Source: Fidelibacterota bacterium (lineage in GTDB: Bacteria; Fidelibacterota; Marinisomatia; Marinisomatales; JABMOV01). From it: a DNA stretch of 59,283 bases. Below the pieces are notes generated by a model. The model saw only the letters and a list, made by a program, of their open reading frames with translations. It did no database searches and was not told where the DNA came from. The position numbers were made by a program, and so were the translations under genes. Of this stretch, positions 9,092-20,120 are shown one piece after another (the stretch's first letter is position 1; each line of letters begins with the position of its first letter). Location of the stretch: assembly GCA_046861395.1 (NCBI GenBank), contig JBHHUC010000006.1, positions 1-59,283 of the forward strand. Reading direction: 5' to 3'.

Positions 9092-11410
9092 ATGAAACCC
9101 CTCTCTGAATTGCGCCAGGAATTTCCCTACTGGGAAATGCTGAAGGATTTGATGGATCAATGCATCGACATTATGCTGAATCTCAGCCAAAGCGGTCATC
9201 CCGGCGGATCGCGCTCTAAAGTTCACGGGCTGATAGCCACGCTGTTATCCGGCACCATGCGCTGGGATATACGAAACCCCGGCAAACGGTTCGGCGATCG
9301 TTTCGTTCTAAGCGCCGGCCATACCAATCCCCTGGTCTATGCCGCCCTGGCTGTTTTCAATGAAGCACTGCGCCGGAAATATCAGGTCACCGGCGACGAA
9401 AAATATTTAAATCCCAAAGGACCGGATTATACTCTAGTATGGGAAGATCTGCTTACGCTGCGTCAGCGCAAGGGCTTGCCGGGACACGCAGAAATGGAAG
9501 GGAAAACACTGTTTTTCAAGGCCAACACCGGCCCCAGCGGGCATGGGTTTCCCATTGCGGCGGGACAAGCCTTTGCATTGAAATATGCCGGATTCGATGA
9601 TGTGAAAGTTTTTGCCTATGAAGGAGAAGGCGGCCTTACCCCCGGCGTGGTTCATGAGGCGAAAAATTCGGCCTACGGTCTGGGGCTGGGGAATTTCATT
9701 ACCCTGCTGGATTGGAATGATTATGGAATCGATGCCCGGAAATTCAGCGATATTGTGGCGGGAACACCCAGAGACTGGTTCGAGCCCTATGGCTGGAAAG
9801 TCACAGGAACGGAAGATGGGGAGAACTGGGAAGCAATCATGACGGCCTATGCCGAACTATTGGCCGATCCCGATCCTCACCAGCCCAAGTTGTTGTGGAT
9901 GAAAATGCGCAAGGGACGCGGTTACTATAAATATGATGCCGCCAGTCACGGTGCCCCGCATAAACGTAATTCGGAAGAATTCTGGCATACCAAACAGGAT
10001 TTTGTCGAAAAATACAATATTGAATTGCCGCATTTTGGCGCCGGCGGCGATGTTTCCTACGAAGAGAACCGGGCCCAGATGGCTGATGTCCTCCAGGCCG
10101 TATTCACCCTTTATGACCGTGAGCCGGGACTGCTGGATTATGTAGCCGACCGCTTGCTGGAACTGGGTGATGGTGTACCTGAAACATTACCCGGAACCGA
10201 TACCTTTACAGAAAATCCGCTCAATGATTCCGTCTTGACGGATTATGAAAATTATCCCGTGGAATTGTATAAGAAGCCCGGCGAAAAAGTCCCCAACCGA
10301 GCCGGGTTCGGTAATTTCGGATCCTGGATCAATACCTACACACGTGAAAAATATGGTCGGCCCCTGTTTATCGTGAGTTCGGCTGACCTGGCCGGATCAA
10401 CGAATATTGTCGGCTTTGCCAAGGGATGGGACGGCAGAGAGGATATGGGAATGTATCACCGCGAATCCAATCCTTCCGGTCCACTGTTACCTCAGGGCAT
10501 TACCGAATTTGCCAACGCTGCCATCAATGTGGGTATTTCATCCGTGAACTTCAATGAGGATGCCTACCAGGCCTTCAACGGTTTTCTCACGGCCTGCAGT
10601 ACCTACGGTTCATTTTCCTATTTGAAATACGGTGCGTTTCGTCTTTTCAGCCAGGTGACTCAGGATTCTCAGTTTAAACTGGGAAAAACCATCTGGGTGG
10701 CCGGACACAGCGGTCCCGAAACCGCCGAAGACAGTCGGACACACTTCGGGATATTTTCCCCTGGTGTAACACAGCTGTTTCCGGAAGGACAGATTTTAAA
10801 TCTTCATCCCTATGAATATAATGAAGTCCCGGTGATGCTGGGTGCAGCCCTGTCGCTGGACGTTCCTATTATTGCACTTCATCTTACCCGTCCGGCGGTG
10901 GAAATTCCGGATCGGGAAGCACTGGGGATGGATTCCTATCTGTCGGCAGCTAAAGGGGCTTACCTGATTAAAAATTATGACCCTGACCGACCGCGGGACG
11001 GCGTTGTTTTTGTCCGCGGCACCAAGGTAATTGACGAACTCATCACACTGTTGCCCCAATTACAAGAAAAGGGACCCAACGTAAAAATCGTCGCCGCTCT
11101 GTCCTGGGGCCTTTTTCAGCGACAACCGGAATCTTACCGGCAGTCCATTGTATCGGAAAATGAATGGCTGGATACCATGATTATTACCAATTCGGCCTTT
11201 CAGCTTATGGGGCATTGGGCCCGGCATCCCATCGTGAAAGAATATTCGGTGGCAGCGGACTGGGATGACCGCTGGCGCTCCGGCGGGACCCTGGACCAGG
11301 TAATCGATGAGGCTCATCTTTCGGCGCGTTGGCAATTGGAGGCGATTGAAAAATTTGCCAACGATCGTCCGGGACGCCTGCAACGCATCAAGGACTCCCT
11401 TCCCCTGTAA
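9092..11410 (+). CDS. Transketolase-like ThDP enzyme (divergent, single chain)
   Basis: SGHPGGS, DRFVLSAGH, LPGHAE, SADLAGS, GITEF; ThDP motif is GEG..N rather than GDG..N. Confidence 0.85.
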   Translation: MKPLSELRQEFPYWEMLKDLMDQCIDIMLNLSQSGHPGGSRSKVHGLIATLLSGTMRWDIRNPGKRFGDRFVLSAGHTNPLVYAALAVFNEALRRKYQVTGDEKYLNPKGPDYTLVWEDLLTLRQRKGLPGHAEMEGKTLFFKANTGPSGHGFPIAAGQAFALKYAGFDDVKVFAYEGEGGLTPGVVHEAKNSAYGLGLGNFITLLDWNDYGIDARKFSDIVAGTPRDWFEPYGWKVTGTEDGENWEAIMTAYAELLADPDPHQPKLLWMKMRKGRGYYKYDAASHGAPHKRNSEEFWHTKQDFVEKYNIELPHFGAGGDVSYEENRAQMADVLQAVFTLYDREPGLLDYVADRLLELGDGVPETLPGTDTFTENPLNDSVLTDYENYPVELYKKPGEKVPNRAGFGNFGSWINTYTREKYGRPLFIVSSADLAGSTNIVGFAKGWDGREDMGMYHRESNPSGPLLPQGITEFANAAINVGISSVNFNEDAYQAFNGFLTACSTYGSFSYLKYGAFRLFSQVTQDSQFKLGKTIWVAGHSGPETAEDSRTHFGIFSPGVTQLFPEGQILNLHPYEYNEVPVMLGAALSLDVPIIALHLTRPAVEIPDREALGMDSYLSAAKGAYLIKNYDPDRPRDGVVFVRGTKVIDELITLLPQLQEKGPNVKIVAALSWGLFQRQPESYRQSIVSENEWLDTMIITNSAFQLMGHWARHPIVKEYSVAADWDDRWRSGGTLDQVIDEAHLSARWQLEAIEKFANDRPGRLQRIKDSLPL

Positions 11411-11421
11411 CGATGAACCCG

Positions 11422-11453
11422 GGCCGGAAGCGGTGTTTCCGGCCTTTCTTTTT
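11422..11453 (+). terminator. Rho-independent terminator
   Basis: GGCCGGAAGC-ggt-GTTTCCGGCC stem followed by TTTCTTTTT, just after the transketolase stop. Confidence 0.8.
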
Positions 11454-11555
11454 CGACGACAATTCCGCCGCATCTCTCGTCAACGATTCTTGGAATCGCT
11501 TTCATCGCGATTGTATCTTTACCACTCGAAAATTGTCTCTGATTTTTGGTAACGA

Positions 11556-12584
11556 ATGACCGATATTCACATCACCGATCCCAGCCCCTTTGAAGACGAT
11601 CTATTCGCTGAAAAATCGTTGCGCCCGTCCCATTTTGATGATTTTATTGGTCAACGGGAATTGGTTGACAGCCTGAAACTCTATATCGAAGCATCCAATA
11701 AACGGGACGATGCCCTGGATCACGTTCTACTGTTCGGACCGCCGGGACTGGGAAAAACAACTCTAGCCAATATCGTTTCCCGGGAATTGGGATCCAATAT
11801 TAAACCTTCCTCCGGACCAGTGCTGGAACGTGCCGGCGACTTGGCCGGGATGCTGACAAATTTGCAGCAACGGGATGTGTTCTTCATCGATGAAATTCAT
11901 CGTCTAAACAGCGTCGTCGAAGAATATCTCTATTCCGCCATGGAAGATTTTACCATTGACATTATGATTGACAAGGGACCCAGTGCCCGCAGTGTTCAGT
12001 TGAATGTCGAACCATTCACCCTGATCGGCGCCACAACCCGTCTGGGCAATCTCACCTCCCCTCTGCGGGACCGTTTTGGGGTCGTACTGCGAGTGGATTA
12101 TTATTCTGCCGAAGATTTATTCCATATCATACACCGCTCGGCTGAAATCCTGAAAGTGGAAATATGTGACGAGGGTGCAATGGAACTGGCCCGCCGGTCA
12201 CGCGGCACCCCGCGGATCGCCAATCGTATCCTCCGTCGTACCCGGGACTATGCCCAAGTAAAGTCCAACGGTGAAATTACCCTGGAAGTGGCCAAGGCGT
12301 CTCTCACTACCCTGGGCATCGATGACAGGGGATTGGATGATATGGATCGCAAAATTCTCTCAACCCTGATTGAAAAATTCCAGGGTGGCCCGGTCGGCGT
12401 CAATTCCCTGGCAGTGGCTGTGGGGGAAGACCCAATTACAATCGAGGATGTCTATGAGCCGTATTTAATTAAAGAAGGGCTGTTGCAACGGACGCCCCGA
12501 GGCAGAATTGCCCAGGAAAGTGCCTATTCATTATTGGGTCTGACGCCCACGTCGAAACAACAGGGATTGTTTTATGATCAATAA
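11556..12584 (+). CDS. ruvB: Holliday junction branch migration helicase RuvB
   Basis: [40 protein letters not shown]. Confidence 0.98.
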   Translation: MTDIHITDPSPFEDDLFAEKSLRPSHFDDFIGQRELVDSLKLYIEASNKRDDALDHVLLFGPPGLGKTTLANIVSRELGSNIKPSSGPVLERAGDLAGMLTNLQQRDVFFIDEIHRLNSVVEEYLYSAMEDFTIDIMIDKGPSARSVQLNVEPFTLIGATTRLGNLTSPLRDRFGVVLRVDYYSAEDLFHIIHRSAEILKVEICDEGAMELARRSRGTPRIANRILRRTRDYAQVKSNGEITLEVAKASLTTLGIDDRGLDDMDRKILSTLIEKFQGGPVGVNSLAVAVGEDPITIEDVYEPYLIKEGLLQRTPRGRIAQESAYSLLGLTPTSKQQGLFYDQ

Positions 12585-13626
12585 AAAGCCGAAGTACAAA
12601 CTGACGGATTTCGACTACCCACTACCCAAGAAATATATTGCGCAACATCCCATCGGCGAACGGGATCATTCCAAACTGATGGTGGTTAATCGAAACGACC
12701 GTACCGTAGAACACCGGGCTTTTTATGAGCTGGCAGATTATTTACACAAGGGCGATTTACTTATTCTGAACAATACCAAAGTGTTTCCGGCCCGCCTCTA
12801 CGCAACCAAAGATCGCTCGGATGCGCGTGTGGAAGTGTTTTTATTGCGGGAACTGGAAAACGACCTATGGGAAGTTCTGGTTCGGCCAGCCCGAAAAGTG
12901 CGGGTTGGCAATAAGCTAATGTTGGCTGAAAATGTCTATTGCGATGTTATAGACAATACCATTTCCGGTGGCCGGGTTGTGCGATTCGATTATGATGGAA
13001 CCGACATCTATCAGATGATCGACCAAATCGGCATTTCTCCCCTGCCGCCTTATATTGACCGGGAACCGGACACCGCCGATAAGGAACGGTACCAAACCGT
13101 GTTTGCCAAAAAGCGGGGTGCTGTAGCGGCACCAACCGCCGGCTTGCATTTTACCGATGAATTGTTGACGGAAATCCGATCGCGGGGTGTGAAAGTGGAA
13201 TTTATTACCCTCCATATCGGACTGGGTACCTTCCGGCCCGTTCAGGTTGAGGACTTGAACCGGCACCAGATGGATTCGGAATATTTTGAAGTATCACTCA
13301 AAACAGCTGTGGCAATCAATAATGCCAAAAAGCGGCACCGGAAAATCTATGCCGTAGGGACGTCCACCGTCCGGGCCCTGGAAACCGTGGTGGTCAGCGG
13401 ATTTCAGATGACGGCCAAGCGGGGCTGGACCGATAAATTCATCTACCCACCGTATGAGTTTAAAATGGTGGATGGCATGATTACCAACTTCCACCAACCC
13501 AAGAGCACGTTAGTGATGATGGTCTCGGCTTTTGCCGATAAGGGCCTGATCATGAAATCGTATCGCATGGCGAAAAAACACAACTATCGCTTTTTAAGCT
13601 ATGGTGACGCCATGTTCATCCGTTAG
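12574..13626 (+). CDS. queA: S-adenosylmethionine:tRNA ribosyltransferase-isomerase
   Basis: [44 protein letters not shown]. Confidence 0.98.
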   Translation: MINKKPKYKLTDFDYPLPKKYIAQHPIGERDHSKLMVVNRNDRTVEHRAFYELADYLHKGDLLILNNTKVFPARLYATKDRSDARVEVFLLRELENDLWEVLVRPARKVRVGNKLMLAENVYCDVIDNTISGGRVVRFDYDGTDIYQMIDQIGISPLPPYIDREPDTADKERYQTVFAKKRGAVAAPTAGLHFTDELLTEIRSRGVKVEFITLHIGLGTFRPVQVEDLNRHQMDSEYFEVSLKTAVAINNAKKRHRKIYAVGTSTVRALETVVVSGFQMTAKRGWTDKFIYPPYEFKMVDGMITNFHQPKSTLVMMVSAFADKGLIMKSYRMAKKHNYRFLSYGDAMFIR

Positions 13627-13650
13627 GTCCCGATCGTGAGGTTGCCGTAA

Positions 13651-14352
13651 ATGTCAGGGTCTGCAGGAGTGATTATTCCGGCCGCCGGCAGTGGTTCACG
13701 ATTCGGTGAAAAAAAACAATTCAAACCTCTGGGCCATTGCCCGCTCCTATATTATTCCCTGCGAACCTTTTTATCCGTGCCGGCTGTCCGTGAAATTGTC
13801 GTAGTTGTTCCCGCCGCGGATGAGGCACAAACCCGGCGTGAGATTCGTTCCTGGACCACGAGGGCCGGAGTCAGTGTAACCGCCGGTGGAGCGCGACGGC
13901 AGGATTCGGTGGCCAACGGATTGGCCCAACTCTCGCCCGACTGCGATGTCATCTGTATCCACGATGCCGCCCGCCCCTTCGTAACTCAGGCTGATATTGT
14001 ACGTTGCCTGAAGCGTTGTGCTGAAGTTCCGGCTGCCATTCTGGCGACACCGGCCCGGGATACCCTTAAACAGGTGAATGACGCCGGCCGCATCAAAAAA
14101 ACAATAGACCGCGGGAAAATCTGGCAAGCACAGACACCACAATGTTTTCAACGAAGCGTACTGACAGAAGCCCTGAGCCGGGCTGAACACGAAAATCGCC
14201 TTGGGACCGACGAAGCTGTCCTGGTGGAATCCCTGGGATATTCTGTAGTTGTGGTTGAAGGTTCCAGCCGAAACATGAAAATCACTACGGCAGAGGATTG
14301 GGAACTGGCCCTGGCACTCACCGCTTACCAGGAAGGACAGAACAATGAATGA
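13651..14352 (+). CDS. ispD: MEP cytidylyltransferase
   Basis: IPAAGSGSRF, RQDSV, IHDAARPF, QTPQ, NMKITT. Confidence 0.95.
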   Translation: MSGSAGVIIPAAGSGSRFGEKKQFKPLGHCPLLYYSLRTFLSVPAVREIVVVVPAADEAQTRREIRSWTTRAGVSVTAGGARRQDSVANGLAQLSPDCDVICIHDAARPFVTQADIVRCLKRCAEVPAAILATPARDTLKQVNDAGRIKKTIDRGKIWQAQTPQCFQRSVLTEALSRAEHENRLGTDEAVLVESLGYSVVVVEGSSRNMKITTAEDWELALALTAYQEGQNNE

Positions 14353-14824
14353 CATTCGAGCCGGATTGGGAATCGATATGCATCAATTGGCGGAAGGACA
14401 CGATCTAGTGATCGGCGGCGTTACGATTCCCTTTGATCGGGGATCGGTGGGACATTCGGACGGTGATGCCCTGTCCCATGCCATTGTGGATGCCCTGTTA
14501 GGAGCCGCCGGATGTGGCGATATCGGACATTATTTCCCCAGCGATGATGACCAGTGGAAAGGAATGTCCAGTCTGCATTTTCTGGAACATGCCATAACCC
14601 GCGTTCGTCAGGACGGCTGGGAGGTATCCTATATTGATGCCGTAGTTATTCTACAGTCTCCCCGCCTGACACCATACATTTCCCAGATGAAATATCAGCT
14701 ATCCTATACCCTTCAAATTGAAGAATCCCAACTCTCCATCAAGGCCACCACGACGGACCATTTGGGTGTGATCGGAGAAGGGCGGGGCTGGGCCGCGCAG
14801 GCCGTGGCAACATTGACCCGATGA
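14345..14824 (+). CDS. ispF: MECDP synthase
   Basis: GIDMH, HSDGD, GDIGHYFP, IKATT. Confidence 0.96.
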   Translation: MNDIRAGLGIDMHQLAEGHDLVIGGVTIPFDRGSVGHSDGDALSHAIVDALLGAAGCGDIGHYFPSDDDQWKGMSSLHFLEHAITRVRQDGWEVSYIDAVVILQSPRLTPYISQMKYQLSYTLQIEESQLSIKATTTDHLGVIGEGRGWAAQAVATLTR

Positions 14825-15666
14825 AACCGGATCTGACGCTCTCTTCTCCGGCCAAAGTCAACCTTGGTTTACAAGTTCTGGAAAAACGGCCGGACGGTTA
14901 TCATAATTTACATACCGTATTTCAGGCCCTGGACTTCGGCGACACGCTTCATTTTTATACTACACCGGGCGACGTGACACTTACGGCATCTGTTGATTGG
15001 TGTCCAGTGAATGAAAGCAATACCTGTGTAAAAGCATATCGCCGGTTAAACCGGGAGTTTCCCGATCTGGGCGGGATACGCCTACATATAGAGAAACGCA
15101 TCCCGACCGGAGGCGGTCTGGGGGGCGGTTCCAGCAACGCCGCCACGACGATCAAGGCCTTGAATCAACTCTATGACCTGGGTTTATCGTCCGACGACAT
15201 GGAGCAACTTGGTCATGACGTCGGTGCCGATGTTCCCTTTTTTATTCGGGGCGGCACCCAGTTAGGCGAAGGAACGGGAGAAATTCTCACGCCCCTGGCT
15301 CACACCATGAACGGATTTTATCTCCTGATCATTCCCGAAATACATATTGCCACGGCATGGGCCTATAACGCCTTGAAAATCCATTTGGATAGCCCGAAGC
15401 AACCGCGTAATTTTGCCGGCTATTTACAAAAGGAAGAGATTCCTTTTGCGATTTTTGAGAATGATTTTGAACGGATCGTAATTCCATCGCATCCAGAAAT
15501 TGGCCGTGTGAAAGAGTCCCTGCTGAAGGCAGGGGCGCGTTATGCCAGTTTGTCGGGTAGCGGCTCGACTGTGTTTGGGATTTTTGACGAAGAAGCGGTC
15601 GCCCGGACCGCAGAGTCATTATTCCTGCATTATAACACCGTCCTCACCGTTCCCGTCCGCACATAA
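14821..15666 (+). CDS. ispE: CDP-ME kinase
   Basis: PAKVNLGL, IPTGGGLGGGSSNAA, GADVPFF, NDFE, LSGSGS. Confidence 0.96.
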   Translation: MKPDLTLSSPAKVNLGLQVLEKRPDGYHNLHTVFQALDFGDTLHFYTTPGDVTLTASVDWCPVNESNTCVKAYRRLNREFPDLGGIRLHIEKRIPTGGGLGGGSSNAATTIKALNQLYDLGLSSDDMEQLGHDVGADVPFFIRGGTQLGEGTGEILTPLAHTMNGFYLLIIPEIHIATAWAYNALKIHLDSPKQPRNFAGYLQKEEIPFAIFENDFERIVIPSHPEIGRVKESLLKAGARYASLSGSGSTVFGIFDEEAVARTAESLFLHYNTVLTVPVRT

Positions 15667-15683
15667 CCGCCACGATCGCCTTT

Positions 15684-15754
15684 TGGGGAGTCGTCTAAGG
15701 GTAGGACAGCGGGTTTTGGTCCCGTCAGTTGGGGTTCGAATCCCTACTCCCCAG
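15684..15754 (+). tRNA. tRNA-Gln (anticodon TTG); CCA not encoded
   Basis: Acceptor TGGGGAG/CTCCCCA, anticodon arm GCGGG-TTTTGGT-CCCGT, T-loop TTCGAAT; usual position between ispE and prs. Confidence 0.95.
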
Positions 15755-15776
15755 CAATAATTGCACCGAGAAAACC

Positions 15777-16724
15777 TTGATCGAAACACGATTAAAATTG
15801 TTTACCGGCCGGAGTAATCCGGTCCTGGCACAGCGGATATCCGATTATCTTAATTTGCCCTTGGGCCAATTGAGTATTCGCAATTTCGCCGATGGTGAAC
15901 TCTATATCAAGTATGAGGAAAATATTCGCGGGTCCGACGTTTTTATTGTCCAACCCACCAACAGTCCAGCGGAAAATATTCTGGAACTGATCCTGCTGGT
16001 GGATGCGGCCGTGCGGGCCTCGGCGGACAGGGTGACGGTGGTTGTTCCTTATTTCGGTTACGCCCGCCAGGATCGGAAAGACAAGCCACGGGTACCCATT
16101 TCATCACGGGTCATGGTGGATATGCTGACGGCGACCGGCGCCAACCGGATTATATGCATGGATCTGCATTCGACTCAGATTCAGGGTTTTGCCGCCATAC
16201 CGTTCGACCACCTGTACAGCCGGATGGTCCTACTGGATGAAATTAAGAATCTCGGTCTGGATCCCGGAAACTCCGTTGTGCTTTCACCGGATATGGGATC
16301 AGCGAAAATGAGCCAGTCGTATGCCAAACATCTGGGGATGCACTTCGCATTGATCGATAAACGGAGATATGCCCCGAACGAGGCGGAAGTTGTTCATTTA
16401 ATTGGAAGTTTGAAAGACCGGAATGTCCTGATCATCGATGATATGATTGATACGGCGGGAACGACGATCAATGCCGCGGATAAGGCCCGAAAACATGGTG
16501 CTAAGTCCATAACGGCCGTGGCAACCCATGCGTTGCTCTCCGGCCCGGCGATTGACCGGATAAAGACGGCCCCCATCGATCGTTTGATTGTGACGGACAC
16601 AATTGCAATTCCGGAAGAAAAATTATTGCCTAATATGCAAATCGTATCAGTAGCGCAAGTCTTTGGTGAAGCGATACGCCGGATTCATCACGGCGAATCG
16701 GTGAGCGCCCTGTTCGATTTTTAA
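15777..16724 (+). CDS. prs: Ribose-phosphate pyrophosphokinase
   Basis: FADGE, PYFGYARQDRK, DLHSTQIQGF, IDDMIDTAGT; start moved to TTG 15777 to avoid overlapping the tRNA. Confidence 0.97.
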   Translation: MIETRLKLFTGRSNPVLAQRISDYLNLPLGQLSIRNFADGELYIKYEENIRGSDVFIVQPTNSPAENILELILLVDAAVRASADRVTVVVPYFGYARQDRKDKPRVPISSRVMVDMLTATGANRIICMDLHSTQIQGFAAIPFDHLYSRMVLLDEIKNLGLDPGNSVVLSPDMGSAKMSQSYAKHLGMHFALIDKRRYAPNEAEVVHLIGSLKDRNVLIIDDMIDTAGTTINAADKARKHGAKSITAVATHALLSGPAIDRIKTAPIDRLIVTDTIAIPEEKLLPNMQIVSVAQVFGEAIRRIHHGESVSALFDF

Positions 16725-16742
16725 GAGTAAGGAGACCTAAGC

Positions 16743-17381
16743 ATGGCTGAATTTTATAAATTGGAATTTTCTGATCGGGAAGAACTGGGATCCCGTGGCG
16801 CCAAAGCTGTTCGGAAAGCCGGGATGATTCCCGCCAATTACTATTTTCACGGGGAAAAGAATGTCAACCTGGCGATTGATGAAAAACAATTATGGCGGGC
16901 TCTGCATTCCGGAAACAGGATTTTTGAAGTGCACCTGAAAGATGCCCGGCAATTCGTAATGGTGAAGGAAGTGCAATATCATCCGGTAACCGATGAAATC
17001 ATTCATGTTGATTTCATGCGTGTGCGCCGGAAGGAAAAAGCCACCTTTACCGTTACTGTTGAGCTGGTGGGTGAATCCATCGGCGTCAAGCAGGGTGGAG
17101 TTTTGATGCAATCTCTGACCGCAGTGGATGTCAGCTGCTTCCCCACCGATGTGCCGGACAGTATTAAGGTAAACGTAGAAGATGTGGATATTAATGACAC
17201 CCTGCATGTTTCCGACCTGATTCTGGATGGAGATGTTGAAATTCTAACGGATCCCGAAGCGATGCTTCTGTCCGTGCAGCCACCAAAGATGGAAGAGGAA
17301 ACGGTTGAGGAAGAAGATGAGTTTGCCGAAGAAGAAGGTGTCGAACCACCGGCCACTGAAGAGGAAGAGGAAGAAGACTGA
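16743..17381 (+). CDS. rplY: 50S ribosomal protein L25/Ctc
   Basis: KEVQYHPVTDEIIHVDF, GVKQGG, acidic tail; AGGAG upstream. Confidence 0.95.
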   Translation: MAEFYKLEFSDREELGSRGAKAVRKAGMIPANYYFHGEKNVNLAIDEKQLWRALHSGNRIFEVHLKDARQFVMVKEVQYHPVTDEIIHVDFMRVRRKEKATFTVTVELVGESIGVKQGGVLMQSLTAVDVSCFPTDVPDSIKVNVEDVDINDTLHVSDLILDGDVEILTDPEAMLLSVQPPKMEEETVEEEDEFAEEEGVEPPATEEEEEED

Positions 17382-17387
17382 TTCTTC

Positions 17388-17948
17388 ATGCAGGTATTTG
17401 TAGGTCTGGGAAATCCAGGATCGCATTATGCGGAAACAAAGCATAATGCTGGTTTCTGGATTGTTGATGCTCTTTCCCAACGCTGGAACCTGCCGTTGGT
17501 CTCCGGCCGGGGCGACTACGTTTTCGCCCGTTCGGAGGATAAGGACATTCTGATCGTGAAGCCGACAACCGGTATGAATATGAGTGGGGTGGCTGTAAAG
17601 CAGGTTGCAGCCCAATGGCGGATCAGTTCCGAGGATATTATGGTTATGGTGGACGATGTGGATTTACCCCTTGGTGTCCTGCGCTTACGCCCTAAGGGTG
17701 GCGACGGTTGTCACAAGGGTCTGGAATCGGTCGTTTACCATCTGGGAACGACCAATTTTCCACGGTTACGTTTTGGCATTGCCACTGATGAAAACACTCG
17801 TCCGGCGGAAGCTTTTGTGCTGAAACCGTTTCGGAAAAAGGATGTCTCGCTGGCACGGGAAATGGTGATGACGGCGACGGAAGCCGTCGAATCCATTTTA
17901 CAAAATGGATTGACCAAGACGATGAATGAATACAATAAACGAGATTAA
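17388..17948 (+). CDS. pth: Peptidyl-tRNA hydrolase
   Basis: VGLGNPG..Y..TKHNAGF, MNMSG, DDVDLP, RLRFGI. Confidence 0.96.
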   Translation: MQVFVGLGNPGSHYAETKHNAGFWIVDALSQRWNLPLVSGRGDYVFARSEDKDILIVKPTTGMNMSGVAVKQVAAQWRISSEDIMVMVDDVDLPLGVLRLRPKGGDGCHKGLESVVYHLGTTNFPRLRFGIATDENTRPAEAFVLKPFRKKDVSLAREMVMTATEAVESILQNGLTKTMNEYNKRD

Positions 17949-17966
17949 TGGGGAGTTAATTCGACG

Positions 17967-20105
17967 ATGATACAAAATGAATACCTTATAATTGGGGCTG
18001 GCCTGATTGCCCTGCTGTTTGCTTTCTGGAAAACGAGCTGGATAACAAAACAGGACCAAGGCACGACCCGGATGGAAACCATCGGGAAAAATATTGCCGA
18101 TGGTGCCATGGCTTTTTTACGGGCGGAATACCGTGTTTTAATTGTTTTTGTCATTGTTATTGCCGCCTTACTGGGCTTTTCCAATGTCGGAAAGGCCGAT
18201 TCCAGTCCTCTGATCGCACTGTCCTTTACCATCGGAGCTCTGGCGTCGGGACTGGCAGGATTCCTGGGTATGCGGGTGGCCACCAAAGCTAATAATCGTA
18301 CCACCCACGCGGCCCGGACCGGATTGGCGCCGGCCCTGAAGGTAGCCTTCACCGGTGGTTCGGTGATGGGCCTGTCCGTTGTGGGTCTCGGCGTTCTGGG
18401 TCTGGGATCATTAATGCTATTGTATCAATCTCTGTTTGATGGTGATTATCCCAGAATCCTGACTGTTATTTCCGGGTTTTCTCTGGGAGCATCCTCCATC
18501 GCCCTTTTTGCCCGAGTGGGGGGTGGCATATATACAAAAGCCGCCGATGTGGGTGCGGACCTGGTGGGGAAAGTCGAAGCCGGAATCCCGGAAGACCATC
18601 CCCTGAACCCCGCCACCATTGCCGATAATGTTGGGGATAACGTTGGCGACGTAGCCGGAATGGGCGCCGATTTATTTGAATCCTATGTCGGTTCCATTGT
18701 CGGTTCCATGGTTCTGGGAGCCAGCATTCTTGTCATGGGCCAGTTTGATTTCAATTTTGTCATCCTTCCCCTGATTATTGCCGCTTCGGGCATCATTATT
18801 TCCATCCTGGGAACGTTCATGGTCTCCGTGAAAGAAGGTGGAAATCCCCAGAAGGCCCTGAACAGGGGTGAATTCGGATCGTCATTCATTATGATTCTTA
18901 TCATTTTCGTCCTGATAACCAACTTGCTTCCGGAAAGCTACACCCTGAATGGTAATACTTACACCAACATGGGTGTCTTCTGGGCCACGGTCATCGGCTT
19001 ATTGGCCGGTCTGGGCATCGGACTGATCACGGAACATTATACGGGAACGCACACGAGTCCGACAACGGCCATAATGCGACAGTCGCTCACCGGTCCGGCT
19101 ACGAATATTATTGCCGGCCTGGGCGTGGGAATGCAATCCACGGCGATTCCCATTCTCATTATTGCTACCGGTATCATGGGAGCCTATTATTTTGCCGGAC
19201 TTTACGGTATTGCCATGGCAGCGCTGGGAATGTTGGCCAACACGGGCATACAGTTAGCGGTGGACGCCTACGGTCCCATTTCGGATAATGCCGGCGGTAT
19301 TGCTGAAATGGCTGACCTGCCCAAGGAAGTACGGGGACGCACCGATAAGCTGGATGCGGTGGGGAATACCACAGCAGCCATCGGAAAAGGTTTTGCCATT
19401 GGATCCGCTGCCTTGACGGCCCTGGCCCTGTTTGCAGCCTTTATGGTGCAGACCGGGATTAAAACCATCGACATTGCCAATCCTATGGTCATGGCGGGAT
19501 TATTCGTGGGGGGTATGTTACCCTTCCTGTTTTCTTCGCTGGCCATGAATGCTGTGGGTCGGGCAGCCATGAGTATGATCGAGGAAGTACGGCGTCAGTT
19601 TAAGACCATTCCCGAGCTTACGGCTGCGTTGAAGGTCATGAACAAGTATAAAGATAACGAAACATGGTCGGATGAAGATCAGAAAATTTTTGATGCTGCC
19701 GACGGAAAAGCGGAATATGGGAAATGTGTCGAAATTTCCACTGCATCAGCCATTAAGGAAATGGTTATTCCTGGCTTACTGGCCATCCTATCACCGGTGG
19801 TGGTAGGCTTTGTATTCGGCCCGGAAACCCTGGGTGGATTGCTGGCCGGTGTCACGGTTACCGGTGTGCTCATGGCTATTTTCCAGTCGAATGCCGGCGG
19901 CGCCTGGGACAATGCCAAAAAAATGATTGAAGAAGGAATGGAAATTAACGGCGAAATGTACGGAAAGGGTTCCGAAGCACACAAAGCCGCCGTTGTCGGT
20001 GATACGGTTGGCGATCCTTTCAAGGATACGTCCGGACCATCCCTGAATATTTTGATAAAACTTATGTCTGTGGTTTCATTGGTGATTGCACCTTTGATTG
20101 CCTAA
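17967..20105 (+). CDS. hppA: Membrane-bound ion-translocating pyrophosphatase (K+-dependent type)
   Basis: [53 protein letters not shown]. Confidence 0.97.
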   Translation: MIQNEYLIIGAGLIALLFAFWKTSWITKQDQGTTRMETIGKNIADGAMAFLRAEYRVLIVFVIVIAALLGFSNVGKADSSPLIALSFTIGALASGLAGFLGMRVATKANNRTTHAARTGLAPALKVAFTGGSVMGLSVVGLGVLGLGSLMLLYQSLFDGDYPRILTVISGFSLGASSIALFARVGGGIYTKAADVGADLVGKVEAGIPEDHPLNPATIADNVGDNVGDVAGMGADLFESYVGSIVGSMVLGASILVMGQFDFNFVILPLIIAASGIIISILGTFMVSVKEGGNPQKALNRGEFGSSFIMILIIFVLITNLLPESYTLNGNTYTNMGVFWATVIGLLAGLGIGLITEHYTGTHTSPTTAIMRQSLTGPATNIIAGLGVGMQSTAIPILIIATGIMGAYYFAGLYGIAMAALGMLANTGIQLAVDAYGPISDNAGGIAEMADLPKEVRGRTDKLDAVGNTTAAIGKGFAIGSAALTALALFAAFMVQTGIKTIDIANPMVMAGLFVGGMLPFLFSSLAMNAVGRAAMSMIEEVRRQFKTIPELTAALKVMNKYKDNETWSDEDQKIFDAADGKAEYGKCVEISTASAIKEMVIPGLLAILSPVVVGFVFGPETLGGLLAGVTVTGVLMAIFQSNAGGAWDNAKKMIEEGMEINGEMYGKGSEAHKAAVVGDTVGDPFKDTSGPSLNILIKLMSVVSLVIAPLIA

Positions 20106-20120
20106 CGCGAAGGAGAAAGA

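Noticed and set aside
9061-11431. 10-bp inverted repeat (GCTTCCGGCC / GGCCGGAAGC) flanking the transketolase gene
   Set aside because: Short, GC-rich, one arm belongs to the terminator, and there is no transposase or target duplication.
13709-13716. A8 run in ispD (and T9 in the MFS gene at 41218-41226) as phase-variation sites
   Set aside because: Both genes are intact and in frame; the runs are explained by Lys and Phe codons.
15729-15776. N-terminal extension of prs overlapping tRNA-Gln
   Set aside because: Artefact of longest-ORF calling; homology starts near TTG 15777.
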